A DNA stretch of 64,000 bases from an uncultured bacterium (GCA_963777505.1 CAVZQN010000004.1:1600001-1664000); one strand, 5' to 3'; shown: positions 19,243 to 30,099, counted from the first letter of the stretch. The notes: generated by a model from the sequence alone, not told the origin. A program made the numbers and translations.

Positions 19243-21645
19243 ATGTTTGAGCATTATACAGAACGGGCGATTCGTGTTATTCAGTTTGCGAGGTACGAGG
19301 CCACACAGCTGGGGAGCCGCACGATTGAAACTGAGCATTTGTTGCTTGGTTTAATCCGTGAAGGGAACGGAATTACAAGCCGCATTTTTAACCGCTGCAA
19401 AGTTACCTTCGAAGAGATTCGAAAAGAAATAGAATCCCGCGTAGTACTCAAAGAAAAAATTTCTCCTTCCGTTGAACCTCCACCTAGCCCTGATGTTGAT
19501 AAGGTTCTTGCTTTTGCTGCAGAAGAAGCTGAGCATCTCAATCACAAATACATAGGGACAGAACATATCCTTCTTGGCATTTTACGTTTAGAGAGTTGTG
19601 TTGCTGCAGAGATCCTCCGTCAAAAAGGGATGAAACTGACTGTCATTCGTTCGGAGATTTCGAACATTCTTAACGAAAAGGCCGGTGCGAAAGTAAAAGA
19701 ATCTCCAACACTTTACGAATTCTGTCGAGATCTTACCGATGAAGCAGCCCGCCATAATCTGGATCCGTTAATTGGGCGTAATGATGAAATGGGCCGGATT
19801 ATTCAAGTGCTCTGCCGCCGTTCGAAAAATAATCCGCTCCTTGTTGGAGAACCTGGAGTTGGTAAGACTGCATTGGTCGAAGGTCTTGCTCAGCGCATTG
19901 TGGATGGTGAAGTCCCTTATCATTTGACCGACAAACGCGTTCTTGCATTAGACATTTCGCTTGTCGTTGCTGGTACAAAATATCGCGGCCAGTTTGAAGA
20001 AAGAATGAAAGCCATTCTGAAGGAATTGGTCGAATCCCCTGAAATTATTATTTTCATCGATGAAATCCACACACTGGTCGGAGCCGGTTCTGCGGAAGGT
20101 TCTTTAGATGCAGCCAATATTTTGAAGCCCGCACTTTCGCGCCGGGAAATTCAATGTATCGGAGCGTCCACTCCTGCGGAATACAGAAAATATATTGAAA
20201 AAGACCGTTCACTTGAACGGCGTTTCCAACCGATCCGAATTACTCCACCATCAGAAGATGACAGCATCCGTATCCTTGATGGCCTAAAAGAGATTTACGA
20301 AAATTTCCACAGTGTTAAATACACCGAAGATGCAATCAAAGCATCCGTATTTCTTTCTTCACGTTATCTGACTGAACGTTTCCTTCCGGATAAAGCGATT
20401 GACTTAATGGATGAGGCCGGATCGAAAGTGAAACTGAAGACTTCACCTCAACCGAGCGAACTTTCGGATATTAAGAAAAAAATCAAAACGATTGTAGATC
20501 GTATGGAAACTGCAATCTCAAAGAAGGAATTTGAAAAGGCTGCATTTTATCGTGATGAAGAAATGCTTCAGCGTGAAAATCTGATGATGCTGAAAGATAA
20601 GTTGAACAGCCAAACTCAAAAGAATCTGGTAACGGAAGAAAACATCAGCGAAGTTATTTCTACATGGACAGGCATTCCGTTGAGTGCCATCAATGAAGTC
20701 GAATCTCAGAAGCTTTTGCGAATTGAAGAAGAATTGCGCAAATGGATGGTTGCTCAGGCCCAGGCAATTGAGGCTGTGGCACGTGCAATCCGCCGGTCAA
20801 GAATTGGTCTGAAAAATCCATCTAAACCGATCGGCTCCTTCCTGCTTTTAGGACCTACTGGCGTCGGTAAGACTGAATTAGGCCGCTCGTTGGCCCGACA
20901 TATGTTCGGAAGTGAAAAGTCTTTAATCCGCTTTGATATGTCTGAATTTATGGAAAAGCATTCGGTCTCAAAACTAATTGGTTCACCCCCAGGGTATGTC
21001 GGATATGAAGATGGTGGACAACTGACTGAACTTGTTAAACGTACACCGTATTCGATCATACTTTTGGATGAGATCGAAAAAGCTCATCCGAGCATCTTCA
21101 ATGTGTTGTTGCAGGTGCTCGAAGACGGTCATTTGACCGATTCTTTCGGAAATAGAATTGACTTTAAGAACACGATCATTATTATGACTTCCAATATTGG
21201 AGCCCGATTAATTGAAAAAAGTGGAAGAATGGGCTTCCGTGCTCCAGATGAGTTAAAGGAGTATGAGGACACGCGCGAGGAAGTCTTGCAAGAAGTGAGG
21301 AAAACTTTCAATCCGGAATTCATCAATCGTTTGGATGAAATTATTGTTTTCCATCCTCTGTCTGATGATGATTTGCTTCAAATCATCCATATGATGATTC
21401 AGCAGATTAACATCGATCAAAAGGAGGAAAAACCGCGAATTATGCTCTCAGAAGCTGCCATGCGTTGGCTGCTGGATAAATCATGCCGGGATAAACGTTA
21501 CGGCGCTCGTCCGCTTCGGCGGGCAATTCAACGTTATGTTGAAGATCCGATCGCTGATCTGTTGATCCGGAATGGGATTGAAAAGAATACGGCAGAAATT
21601 CGTGTAGAAATTCAAGACGAAAAACTCGTCTTTAGCCAGTCCTGA
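19243..21645 (+). CDS. clpC: ATP-dependent Clp protease ATP-binding subunit ClpC (start may be TTG 19210 after GAGGAGG)
   Basis: Clp N repeats, two AAA modules (GEPGVGKT, GPTGVGKT), UVR coiled coil, MGF ClpP-docking loop. Confidence 0.93.
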   Translation: MFEHYTERAIRVIQFARYEATQLGSRTIETEHLLLGLIREGNGITSRIFNRCKVTFEEIRKEIESRVVLKEKISPSVEPPPSPDVDKVLAFAAEEAEHLNHKYIGTEHILLGILRLESCVAAEILRQKGMKLTVIRSEISNILNEKAGAKVKESPTLYEFCRDLTDEAARHNLDPLIGRNDEMGRIIQVLCRRSKNNPLLVGEPGVGKTALVEGLAQRIVDGEVPYHLTDKRVLALDISLVVAGTKYRGQFEERMKAILKELVESPEIIIFIDEIHTLVGAGSAEGSLDAANILKPALSRREIQCIGASTPAEYRKYIEKDRSLERRFQPIRITPPSEDDSIRILDGLKEIYENFHSVKYTEDAIKASVFLSSRYLTERFLPDKAIDLMDEAGSKVKLKTSPQPSELSDIKKKIKTIVDRMETAISKKEFEKAAFYRDEEMLQRENLMMLKDKLNSQTQKNLVTEENISEVISTWTGIPLSAINEVESQKLLRIEEELRKWMVAQAQAIEAVARAIRRSRIGLKNPSKPIGSFLLLGPTGVGKTELGRSLARHMFGSEKSLIRFDMSEFMEKHSVSKLIGSPPGYVGYEDGGQLTELVKRTPYSIILLDEIEKAHPSIFNVLLQVLEDGHLTDSFGNRIDFKNTIIIMTSNIGARLIEKSGRMGFRAPDELKEYEDTREEVLQEVRKTFNPEFINRLDEIIVFHPLSDDDLLQIIHMMIQQINIDQKEEKPRIMLSEAAMRWLLDKSCRDKRYGARPLRRAIQRYVEDPIADLLIRNGIEKNTAEIRVEIQDEKLVFSQS

Positions 21646-21683
21646 CGATCCGGCCACAATTCAATATTATTAAAGAAAAGAAT

Positions 21684-24020
21684 ATGAAATTGCTTGTACT
21701 ACCTTTCATTCTAGTCCTGGCCTTCGGTTGTTCTGTTTTTGCTCAAGGAAACGAAAACACCATTGTCGAAGTCCGCATCGAAGGAAATCAGAGAATCGCT
21801 ACTGAGACTTATCAGTATTACATCACGACACGGGCGGGAAATGATTATGATGCCGCCGGTGTTCGCGAAGATTTTAAGCGCCTCTGGCAAACTGGATTTT
21901 TGAATGATTTAAAGATCGAAACGGAAACAACCCCCGAGGGTGTTATTGTAATTTTCAAAGTTGAAGAGCGGCCGCTGGTCAAGGTAATTGAATATTCAGG
22001 CAATAAGAAAGTCTCCAAGGATGATATTGAAACCAAGTTGAAGGATGACAATATCGGATTGAAAATCGATCAGCCTTACGATCCATATTCCGCGAAAAAA
22101 GTCTCGAATGCAATTGATCAGCTAATGATCGAAAAGGGTCTCCGTTTTGGGAATGTCAAAATTCTTACCGAATCGATAGGTACATCAGGCACCAAAGTGA
22201 CTTTTCAAGTCGATGAAGGGCCGAAAGTCCGAATCGGTGAAATCGTATTTGAAGGGAACAAAGTCTTTTCCGATGGAAAGTTAAAAAAGCGCATGAAAGA
22301 TACGAAAGAGCGTGGAATGCTTTCCTGGATCATGCGCAAAGATGATTTCGAAAAAGAAAAATTCGATAAGGATATGGAACGCGTTTCCGATTTATATCTG
22401 GACAATGGTTATATCAATGCAAGGATTGATGAGCCTCAAATAGAACTCATAGAAGGTAAAGAGCGGATGCGCGTCACGATTCCTGTTGATGAAGGGGATC
22501 AGTATCGGACTGGCGATATTCATTTTTCGAAGAATACTGTCATTGCTGAGAAGGTTCTCCAGAAGAACATGGAAATGAAAAAAGGAGAAGTATTCAATCG
22601 AAGTCAGCTTCGCGCCGGGCTTGAAGAGAATCAAAAGGCTTATGGTGATCAAGGATATATTTATGCATCACTGAACCCTGCACTGGACCCTGATAATGCG
22701 AACAAAATTATTAATCTCAATATTGAAGTGCAGGAAAACGGACAATTCTTTGTTAACCGGATTGAATTTACAGGCAATAATTACACGCGTGACAAAGTCA
22801 TCCGTCGCGAGCTTCTCATTCAGGAAGGAGAACTTCTCCGAGTCAGCCGTTTTCGCGAGAGTTTGGACCGCATTTATCGTCTCGGATTTTTCGATGATAT
22901 TAAGCCGAATATTGTGCCTGTTGAAGGCGTCGATAACAGAGCCGATGTATCAATCGATGTAAAAGAAAACAAGAGAAATGAAATCCGGTTGGGCGGCGGT
23001 TACAGTGAATTTGAAGGATTTTTCGGCAATGTCGTTTTCTCAACCAAAAACCTTTTTGGTACAGGAAAGATCTTCACTCTCAATCTTCAAGGTGGGTCAC
23101 GATCTGAAAACTATGGAATCGAAATTCTTGAACCATATTTTCTTGATCGCCGTATTTCCCTTGGTTTTGGTTTGTTCAAATATAGATACGACTATTTCAA
23201 TTTCCTTCGCGACACTTTAGGCGGTTCGATTTCTTTTGGATTCCATATTTATGAAGAATTTAAAGGCGTTGTAACCTATGCATATCAGGTCGTTGATATC
23301 GACAATCCAACCGATAACTCCGGAACTCCAATTGATGATGATATTTTCCCCGGACTTGAGCAGCTTCAAAGTGACCGCACAGAAAGCCGGGTTACTCCTC
23401 AGCTCATCCGCAGCACGATCAACAATCCAAACGAACCTACACGCGGGACGCGGTTAGTTCTTGCAAATGAATTTGTAGGCGGTTTTCTCGGTGGCGAAGT
23501 AAGTTACATTAAGCCAGCCATAACCTGGACGCACTTTATTAGAGGATTTATTAAGAAACACCATTTTGCATATAACGTAGAATTCGGTTATGGCAGTGGA
23601 TTCGGGAGTCTTGAGCTGCCTTTTTATGAACGATATTTTCTTGGGGGCGAACGGAGTATTCGTGGTTACGAAATCCGCATCGTTGCCCCTATCGCAGTTG
23701 ATGCTTCAGGCCGTCAATTTATTGCAGGGGGAAACAAGTTTTTTGTGACCAACGTTGAGTATGTTGTACCATTGGCAGGGCCATTGAAAGTTGCCGTATT
23801 TCTGGATTACGGAAATGCCTTCAGGCCAGGAGATGGAGTCGATTTCACAGATATGCGCGGCAGTACGGGAATTGAAATCAGATTCCTGGCGCCATTTCTC
23901 AGCGCTCCATTCCGCTTTATCTGGGCCTATAACTTTAACCGTGGCGAGCTGATGACCTTGCCTCCAGACTTCCAGCCAGAACGAACCACCTTCCGATTCT
24001 CTGTTGGGACGACATTCTAA
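21684..24020 (+). CDS. bamA: Outer membrane protein assembly factor BamA
   Basis: Signal peptide, POTRA repeats, IRGY motif, C-terminal Phe. Confidence 0.96.
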   Translation: MKLLVLPFILVLAFGCSVFAQGNENTIVEVRIEGNQRIATETYQYYITTRAGNDYDAAGVREDFKRLWQTGFLNDLKIETETTPEGVIVIFKVEERPLVKVIEYSGNKKVSKDDIETKLKDDNIGLKIDQPYDPYSAKKVSNAIDQLMIEKGLRFGNVKILTESIGTSGTKVTFQVDEGPKVRIGEIVFEGNKVFSDGKLKKRMKDTKERGMLSWIMRKDDFEKEKFDKDMERVSDLYLDNGYINARIDEPQIELIEGKERMRVTIPVDEGDQYRTGDIHFSKNTVIAEKVLQKNMEMKKGEVFNRSQLRAGLEENQKAYGDQGYIYASLNPALDPDNANKIINLNIEVQENGQFFVNRIEFTGNNYTRDKVIRRELLIQEGELLRVSRFRESLDRIYRLGFFDDIKPNIVPVEGVDNRADVSIDVKENKRNEIRLGGGYSEFEGFFGNVVFSTKNLFGTGKIFTLNLQGGSRSENYGIEILEPYFLDRRISLGFGLFKYRYDYFNFLRDTLGGSISFGFHIYEEFKGVVTYAYQVVDIDNPTDNSGTPIDDDIFPGLEQLQSDRTESRVTPQLIRSTINNPNEPTRGTRLVLANEFVGGFLGGEVSYIKPAITWTHFIRGFIKKHHFAYNVEFGYGSGFGSLELPFYERYFLGGERSIRGYEIRIVAPIAVDASGRQFIAGGNKFFVTNVEYVVPLAGPLKVAVFLDYGNAFRPGDGVDFTDMRGSTGIEIRFLAPFLSAPFRFIWAYNFNRGELMTLPPDFQPERTTFRFSVGTTF

Positions 24021-24112
24021 TTGCTGAAAATATCGGGAGAGCGGGCTGCATGTTTGTTGAGATAAATGATTCTATGGCGTGCGCGGAGGCGCGCCCTCCG
24101 GACGTAGTCCGG

Positions 24113-24170
24113 TTTTAGATTGCAGATTTCAGTTTGAAAAAGTACAATCTAAAAGCTGCAATCTAAAAAA
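24113..24170. repeat. Inverted heptamer array (TTTAGAT/TGCAGAT ... AATCTAA)
   Basis: 7-nt periodic arms in inverted orientation in the bamA-skp spacer. Confidence 0.55.
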
Positions 24171-24194
24171 TTCAAAGTTGGAGAAAGTAGTTTT

Positions 24195-24725
24195 ATGAAA
24201 TTGTTAGTTGTGTCATTTCTGTTGCTTTTCGCTTTGCCCGTGATGTCTCAAAGTGCGGGACAAATCGCTGTTGTTGACGGCGAGAAAGTATTAAGAGATT
24301 CAGAACCTGGTAAAAAGTTGTTTGCTGAAGTCAAAACACTGCGCGACAAAAAGCAGCAGGAAATCGAACAGCGTCAGACCAGCATTCAAGCTATGCAAGA
24401 AAAACTTAACAAAGAAAAAGATATCCTTAGCCCTGATGCTCAAGAAAAGCGTCGTGCTGAAATTCAAAAAGCTTTAACGGATGCAAAACGTTTTCGCGAA
24501 GATTCGGAAGCTGAAATTCAAGGCAGACTCGATTCTGCAATGGGTGGAATGCAAGACAAATTACTTCCGATGATCCAAAAATTGGGCCAGGAAAAAGGAT
24601 ATTCATTAATTGTTGGTAAACAGTTTACTATCTGGCATGATGCTAAATACGACATTACAGAGGAAGTAATCAAACGTTTTAATGAATCGCAAGGTGCAGC
24701 AGCTCCTGCTGAAAAGAAACAGTAA
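24195..24725 (+). CDS. skp: Periplasmic chaperone Skp/OmpH
   Basis: Signal peptide, IAVVD, coiled coil, DITEEVIK; follows bamA. Confidence 0.9.
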   Translation: MKLLVVSFLLLFALPVMSQSAGQIAVVDGEKVLRDSEPGKKLFAEVKTLRDKKQQEIEQRQTSIQAMQEKLNKEKDILSPDAQEKRRAEIQKALTDAKRFREDSEAEIQGRLDSAMGGMQDKLLPMIQKLGQEKGYSLIVGKQFTIWHDAKYDITEEVIKRFNESQGAAAPAEKKQ

Positions 24726-24736
24726 ACACGAGACGA

Positions 24737-25189
24737 ATGACGGCCTTCGACATCAATTCAATCTTGAGGGCGTTACCCCACCGTTATCCGTTCCTTTTAG
24801 TAGATAGGATTCTCGAATACGAAAAAGAAAAACGGATTGTCGGAATCAAGAATGTAACCATCAATGAGCCTTTTTTTCAGGGCCATTTTCCCGGCAGACC
24901 GATTATGCCGGGAGTCCTGATTATTGAAGCAATGGCTCAGATGGGAGGCGTCTTGTTACTCCAAGATCATGAATTGAAAGAAAAAGGCCTGGTTTATCTT
25001 GTCGGAATTGATAATGCTAAGTTTCGTAAAACAGTGATACCTGGCGACCAGTTACGGATTGTGGTAAATGTACTGAAGTATAAATACACGATTTGTAAAA
25101 TGAGGGGAGAGGCATTTGTGGATGAAAACCTGGTAGCTGAGGCAGAATTCTTGACATCCCTCGTGACCCAGGAACCAGAGCATGCCTGA
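24737..25189 (+). CDS. fabZ: 3-hydroxyacyl-ACP dehydratase FabZ
   Basis: LPHRYPFLLVD, GHFPGRPIMPGVLIIEAMAQ. Confidence 0.97.
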   Translation: MTAFDINSILRALPHRYPFLLVDRILEYEKEKRIVGIKNVTINEPFFQGHFPGRPIMPGVLIIEAMAQMGGVLLLQDHELKEKGLVYLVGIDNAKFRKTVIPGDQLRIVVNVLKYKYTICKMRGEAFVDENLVAEAEFLTSLVTQEPEHA

Positions 25190-25958
25190 AATTCATCCTA
25201 CCGCAATTGTTCATTCCGATGCACAAATCGCAGCGGAAGTTACAATCGGACCCTATAGTGTGATAGGTTCTGGCGTCCGAATCGGAAGTGGAACCAGAAT
25301 CATGTCGCATGTAGTCATTGAAGGACCGACTACCATTGGAAGCAATTGCACATTCTTTCCCTATGGTTCAATTGGCCAAATTCCTCAGGATTTAAAATTT
25401 CGCGGAGAACACAGCGAGCTGATCATAGGCGATCAGAATATCTTTCGCGAATTCGTCACATTTCATCGTGGAACTTCAGGTGGCGGCGCAAAAACGGTTG
25501 TTGGAAACAACAATCTCTTTATGGCTTATGCACACGTTGCTCACGATTGTCATATAGGAAATTCAATTATTATGGCGAACGCAGCTACGCTGGCAGGTCA
25601 TGTACGAGTTGAGGACGATTCGGTCATTGGCGCATTTTCAGGGATTCATCAACATTGCCGTATTGGGAAATATGGCTTTGTTGGCGGTTATTCTGTGATT
25701 ACAAAGGATGTATTGCCTTATTCAAAGACCGTAGGAAATCGCGCGCATTGTTATGGCATTAATTCTGTTGGTCTGCGTAGGCAGGGATTCGATTCATTAA
25801 GAATCAATACAATCCGAAAGGCATTCAGGCTTCTTCTGCAATCACATTTAAATACGTCACAAGCTGTTGAAGCAATTTCAAAAGAAGTATCTGAATCGGA
25901 AGAGATTTCATACCTTCTGCAATTTATTAAAAATTCCAAACGCGGCATCATAAAGTAA
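25182..25958 (+). CDS. lpxA: Acyl-ACP--UDP-GlcNAc O-acyltransferase LpxA
   Basis: Hexapeptide repeats, PQDLKF, HRGT, HVAHDC, LAGH, HQ. Confidence 0.96.
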   Translation: MPEIHPTAIVHSDAQIAAEVTIGPYSVIGSGVRIGSGTRIMSHVVIEGPTTIGSNCTFFPYGSIGQIPQDLKFRGEHSELIIGDQNIFREFVTFHRGTSGGGAKTVVGNNNLFMAYAHVAHDCHIGNSIIMANAATLAGHVRVEDDSVIGAFSGIHQHCRIGKYGFVGGYSVITKDVLPYSKTVGNRAHCYGINSVGLRRQGFDSLRINTIRKAFRLLLQSHLNTSQAVEAISKEVSESEEISYLLQFIKNSKRGIIK

Positions 25959-25979
25959 TTCAACCGCAGAGACGCAAAG

Positions 25980-26918
25980 CTAAATCGGTGGGAGGGAGAA
26001 CTTACTTTTCACGTTTAATGCCATTCGCAATGAAGGGATTGCCCCGGTGATCGTAACACCTTTGTCGCTTTTACCTTGCACCGCGTTACTAAAATCCAGC
26101 TGTTCAAGTTCGAGCGGATGTACGATCTGTTCAGGCTTGTATGCCATGTGATTAATTTGAGGCATGCCGCCCTCGCAGGCATTCGGCTGGAGAGAAACCA
26201 TTGAAACCGATTGCTCCAGAAGATCCATTGATAAGTAGTAGTAAGGCTGAAAAAGGCGCATCTTTCTCATTTTTTTCGCGCTGACCCTGGACGCTGTAAT
26301 ATTCGCAACACATTTCCCGGGAAATTTAATTCGTGCATTTGCTATATCGACATTGCGTGACAGGATTGGAATTCCAACCGCTTCAAGTTCCGATGTCTCT
26401 TCATTCAAGAAAAGATGCAGCAAATCAAGATCGTGAATCATCAGATCCAATACAACATCAATGTCCAGACTTCGCGGTGAAAATAATCCCAACCGGTGGA
26501 CTTCAATGAACAAGGGCCGTGTGATGCTTGGAAGGGCTCGCTGAACAGCAGGGTTATAACGCTCAGGAAAACCGACCCTGGCAACAATTCCTGCTTTTTG
26601 AACTATTGCTGCAAGCTGTTCCGCCTCTTCAACAGAAGCCGCTACAGGCTTTTCAATCAAAATATGCTTGCCCGCTAAAACAAGATCGGAAGCAATTTTG
26701 AAATGAGTGACTGTTGGTGTCGCAATCACTGCTGCATCAAATTCATGCAGATGATTCTGATACTGTGTATCAAATGGGACCCTATATTCTTCTCCGGCTT
26801 TTGAAGCACGTTCTGTATCAATGTCTACAATCAGAGTCAGCGTGGCTTCAGGAAGACTTTTCAAAAAGCGGACATGATTCCTTCCTTGATGTCCAATACC
26901 GATTAGTGCAATTCGCAT
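25980..26918 (-). CDS. Gfo/Idh/MocA oxidoreductase (GnnA-like)
   Basis: GIGHQG, EKP, DVVLDLMIHDLD, TASRVS; adjacent to lpxA. Confidence 0.85.
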   Translation of the reverse strand: MRIALIGIGHQGRNHVRFLKSLPEATLTLIVDIDTERASKAGEEYRVPFDTQYQNHLHEFDAAVIATPTVTHFKIASDLVLAGKHILIEKPVAASVEEAEQLAAIVQKAGIVARVGFPERYNPAVQRALPSITRPLFIEVHRLGLFSPRSLDIDVVLDLMIHDLDLLHLFLNEETSELEAVGIPILSRNVDIANARIKFPGKCVANITASRVSAKKMRKMRLFQPYYYLSMDLLEQSVSMVSLQPNACEGGMPQINHMAYKPEQIVHPLELEQLDFSNAVQGKSDKGVTITGAIPSLRMALNVKSKFSLPPI

Positions 26919-26948
26919 AGTAACGCGACACTTCTTTACTACTCTTTT

Positions 26949-28067
26949 TCAGACGTATTCTTGCAGAGTCGAGTTGATCCGTTCAAGGCCTGCTTTTACG
27001 TATTCCGGTGGAGAACCAAAACCGATTCTTAAGTAATGATCCATTCCGAAATGATCGCCCGGAACGATCAAAACGCTTTTCTCAGTACGAAGTTTTTCAA
27101 CAAGTTCCGTTGAGTTTACATTCAGTTTGTAACGAAAGTAGGCAATAGCCCCAGCATGTGGAGAAATCATTGAAAACATCGAACCGTGATTCTTAATCCA
27201 CTCTTCTACTACGGGAAAGTTCTTTCGAATAATGGATTGTGTTCGTTGCAGAATCAATTGGCGTTTTTCGGGTTCAAGCGCAACTCGCGCCAGGATGTCA
27301 CTGAGCATCGATGTACCGATTGTAGTGTAATCGTGATACGACCAGCACTCCGCCACGAATTGTGATGGTGCAACGATCCATCCCATTCGAAGGCCAGGAA
27401 GTCCATATGCCTTTGAAAGACCACACGTAACAATGACTCGGTCAGATTTGCCGTAAAATGTTTTCGTTTCAGATTCGTCACGTTCAGCGCCTCGATATAC
27501 TTCATCCGCTAGAAGCCAGGCACCGCATGAATCTGCGATCTTCACGAGTTCATCCATTTCTTGTTCAGTCAAAATGGAACCGGTCGGATTGTTCGGGTTA
27601 CACACCGCAATTAATTTTGTGCGTTTTGAAACGACAGAACGAAGCTCATCAAAATCAGGATGCCACTGTTTTTCTTCACGCAAATTGAATGACCGCACAT
27701 TGCCGCGCAGAGAGCGGGTCAATCCCCACAGCTGCATGTAATTCGGCAGCATCATCACGATTTCGTCTTCAGGTTCTGTGATACGTAAAGCTGAAAGCAG
27801 ATTTGCTTCGGCCGTTCCATTTGTCACGATGATGTTGTCTCGTGTGGCACCAGGATAGAGTTGCGCGATTCGATCACGCAATTCAGGAGTGCCATTTGAT
27901 TGAACATAACCAAGCTCTTGCTGCATCAAACGATCGATCCAGCGCGTGTCACCATCCAAAAGCTCTCCCAGTGACATTGGGTGTACTCCGCTTTCGGACA
28001 AGTTGTATTCGACCAGGTTTTCGTACGTAGACTGCATCCGTTCCATTTTGAAGAGTTCAATTTTCAT
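26949..28067 (-). CDS. PLP-dependent aminotransferase class I/II
   Basis: NPNNPTG, DEVY, SKAYGLPGLRMGW. Confidence 0.92.
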   Translation of the reverse strand: MKIELFKMERMQSTYENLVEYNLSESGVHPMSLGELLDGDTRWIDRLMQQELGYVQSNGTPELRDRIAQLYPGATRDNIIVTNGTAEANLLSALRITEPEDEIVMMLPNYMQLWGLTRSLRGNVRSFNLREEKQWHPDFDELRSVVSKRTKLIAVCNPNNPTGSILTEQEMDELVKIADSCGAWLLADEVYRGAERDESETKTFYGKSDRVIVTCGLSKAYGLPGLRMGWIVAPSQFVAECWSYHDYTTIGTSMLSDILARVALEPEKRQLILQRTQSIIRKNFPVVEEWIKNHGSMFSMISPHAGAIAYFRYKLNVNSTELVEKLRTEKSVLIVPGDHFGMDHYLRIGFGSPPEYVKAGLERINSTLQEYV

Positions 28068-28167
28068 AATGTTTCTATTGTACCAAGGATCTTCTTTACC
28101 GCCGAGAACGCCGAGTAGCTTAAATTTTTTTGCCTCCCGGATTCAATGCGAGTATAGTAATACGTTT

Positions 28168-29052
28168 ATGAATGAGACTGAACCACAAGAAAGCTTACAA
28201 AAAGCAGAGCCGAAGTCGTGGCGTTTTACGATTCTTCATGCTTTTGGACTCTGTGTATTGTTTGCTGTTATTCAAGCCGCCATTTTCCTGGCTATTCGAC
28301 AATCGACTGGATTGAAATTAGAAGAGCTAAGATGGTTTCACCTCGCGGTTATTAACGGAATACCAGGCGGAATTGTACTCGCAGTTGGAGCTTATCTGAA
28401 TGGCTTTTCGCTTCATGACATGCTCATGGATCGGCTTCCAGATGCGGGCGGAATCCTTTCGACTGTTGTCGCTGTACTCGGCATCATGATCCTTTCTTCG
28501 GAACTGAACAATATACTGATGAAATACTTACCGTTCACAATGGACGATCAAGTTCAGTTGATTGAGAGGCTGCTAAATGAGGATTTGATCGGTGTGATCA
28601 TTACTGTTGGAGTCGTAGCGCCAATCGTTGAAGAATTGTTATTCCGCGGCGTGATTCTTGACGGCTTAAGGTTGTACTATCGAATGAGTACTGCGGTTTT
28701 GGCTTCTTCCATCCTGTTTGGTCTCGTGCATTTGAATCCAGTCGTATCAATCGGAACTTTCCTACTCGCTCTCTTCCTTGCGTGGCTGCGCATCAGTACT
28801 GGCTCGCTGATGTTATGTGTGATTAGCCACTCGGTTTTCAACATAACTCCATTCATTCTGAAAAAAATGCTTCATAGTGAAGTTCAGGGTTTGACGTCGT
28901 TACCAACAACCGCAGGAGTTCAGTTTCAACCGTTTTGGTTGGATGCGCTTGGAGTATTATTGCTGCTCGCTGGAATTGCTGGCTTGAAATTCAGTAACGA
29001 GGAAGAACAAAAGCCTCAAGAAATTCGAGAACTGGGATCAGAACAAGGATAG
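28168..29052 (+). CDS. CPBP/CAAX-family intramembrane metalloprotease
   Basis: EELLFRG, FGLVH, HSVFN; multiple TMs; ATG 28168 preferred. Confidence 0.88.
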   Translation: MNETEPQESLQKAEPKSWRFTILHAFGLCVLFAVIQAAIFLAIRQSTGLKLEELRWFHLAVINGIPGGIVLAVGAYLNGFSLHDMLMDRLPDAGGILSTVVAVLGIMILSSELNNILMKYLPFTMDDQVQLIERLLNEDLIGVIITVGVVAPIVEELLFRGVILDGLRLYYRMSTAVLASSILFGLVHLNPVVSIGTFLLALFLAWLRISTGSLMLCVISHSVFNITPFILKKMLHSEVQGLTSLPTTAGVQFQPFWLDALGVLLLLAGIAGLKFSNEEEQKPQEIRELGSEQG

Positions 29053-30099
29053 TTGCCCCGATCTCAGAAAATGTTCTGTAGTCATTTCATCCTCATCGTC
29101 TTCATCATCATCATTATTCAGGCCATATTTCTTGCATGAGGCAGAGAAGAGAGCTTTGATAGTTTTGGCGAGCTCTCCTTCGCCTGTCATTCGAGAATGA
29201 AATCGTGGATCACTTAAATTTCCGCCGCGAACTTCTCGGATTCGATTCAGAATTTTCTCTGCGCTATCCGGTAATTCCCTTCGTACCCATTCTTCAAATA
29301 ATTCTTTCACTGCATATGGCAATCGCATGATGATGTAAGCGGCACTCTTAGCGCCGTGATCGGCAGCTTGTTTCAAAATCTCTGGAATCTCGCTATCTGT
29401 GAGTCCAGGAATTACTGGCGCAATATTTACTCCAACTGGGATACCGGCATCACTTAACGCTTTAACTGCCTTCAACCGATTTTGAGGGGAAGCGGTTCTT
29501 GGCTCCATTTTTGAAATGAGCTTCTGATTCAAGCTGGTTATCGAAAGTGTAACGTGAACCAATTTGAAACGGGCGAGTTCTTGCAGCACATCAATGTCGC
29601 GGGTCACCATAGAATTCTTCGTGATGACGCCAACGGGATTACGGAAACGTAAGAACTGCTGAAGGCACCCTCTGGTGAGCTTTAGCTTCTTTTCAACTGG
29701 CTGATAACAATCAGTATTCCCGCACAGTGCAATGACCTGCGGCTCAAATTTTGGATCCGATAGAGCCTCTGCCAGCAATTCTGGCGCATTCATTTTCACC
29801 ATGATTTTGCTTTCAAAATCCAGGCCTGCCGAAAATCCAAGATATTCGTGACTCGGCCGTGCATAACAATAAATACAGCCATGTTCGCATCCGCGATAAG
29901 GGTTTACACTGAATGTGAAAGGAACATCCGGGCTATCGTTTTTTGCAAGAATTGAACGTGAAGAGTCCTTAAAATAGATGGTAGGGATTTTTCCGGGTGC
30001 CGTACCCTCCATCTCGTCGGAGAGGTCATCTATCTTCAGTGTTTCAAAACGATTACCCGGATTAAATGCAGCACCCCGGCCTTGAATTCGTTCAGGCAT
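29038..30099 (-). CDS. PA0069/Rv2578c-family radical SAM protein (SplB-like)
   Basis: NPYRGCEHGCIYC motif; C-terminal QLSLF; ATG 30099 preferred. Confidence 0.92.
   Translation of the reverse strand: MPERIQGRGAAFNPGNRFETLKIDDLSDEMEGTAPGKIPTIYFKDSSRSILAKNDSPDVPFTFSVNPYRGCEHGCIYCYARPSHEYLGFSAGLDFESKIMVKMNAPELLAEALSDPKFEPQVIALCGNTDCYQPVEKKLKLTRGCLQQFLRFRNPVGVITKNSMVTRDIDVLQELARFKLVHVTLSITSLNQKLISKMEPRTASPQNRLKAVKALSDAGIPVGVNIAPVIPGLTDSEIPEILKQAADHGAKSAAYIIMRLPYAVKELFEEWVRRELPDSAEKILNRIREVRGGNLSDPRFHSRMTGEGELAKTIKALFSASCKKYGLNNDDDEDDEDEMTTEHFLRSGQLSLF

Noticed and set aside
26949-28067. Aminotransferase as GnnB partner of the GnnA-like gene
   Set aside because: Motifs are class I/II, not the DegT/DnrJ family to which GnnB belongs
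27946-28167. Extended N-terminus of the CPBP protease ORF (likewise the 14827, 30684, 40296, 60241 and 62194 starts)
   Set aside because: The extensions overlap neighbouring genes or promoters, and downstream ATGs have better context
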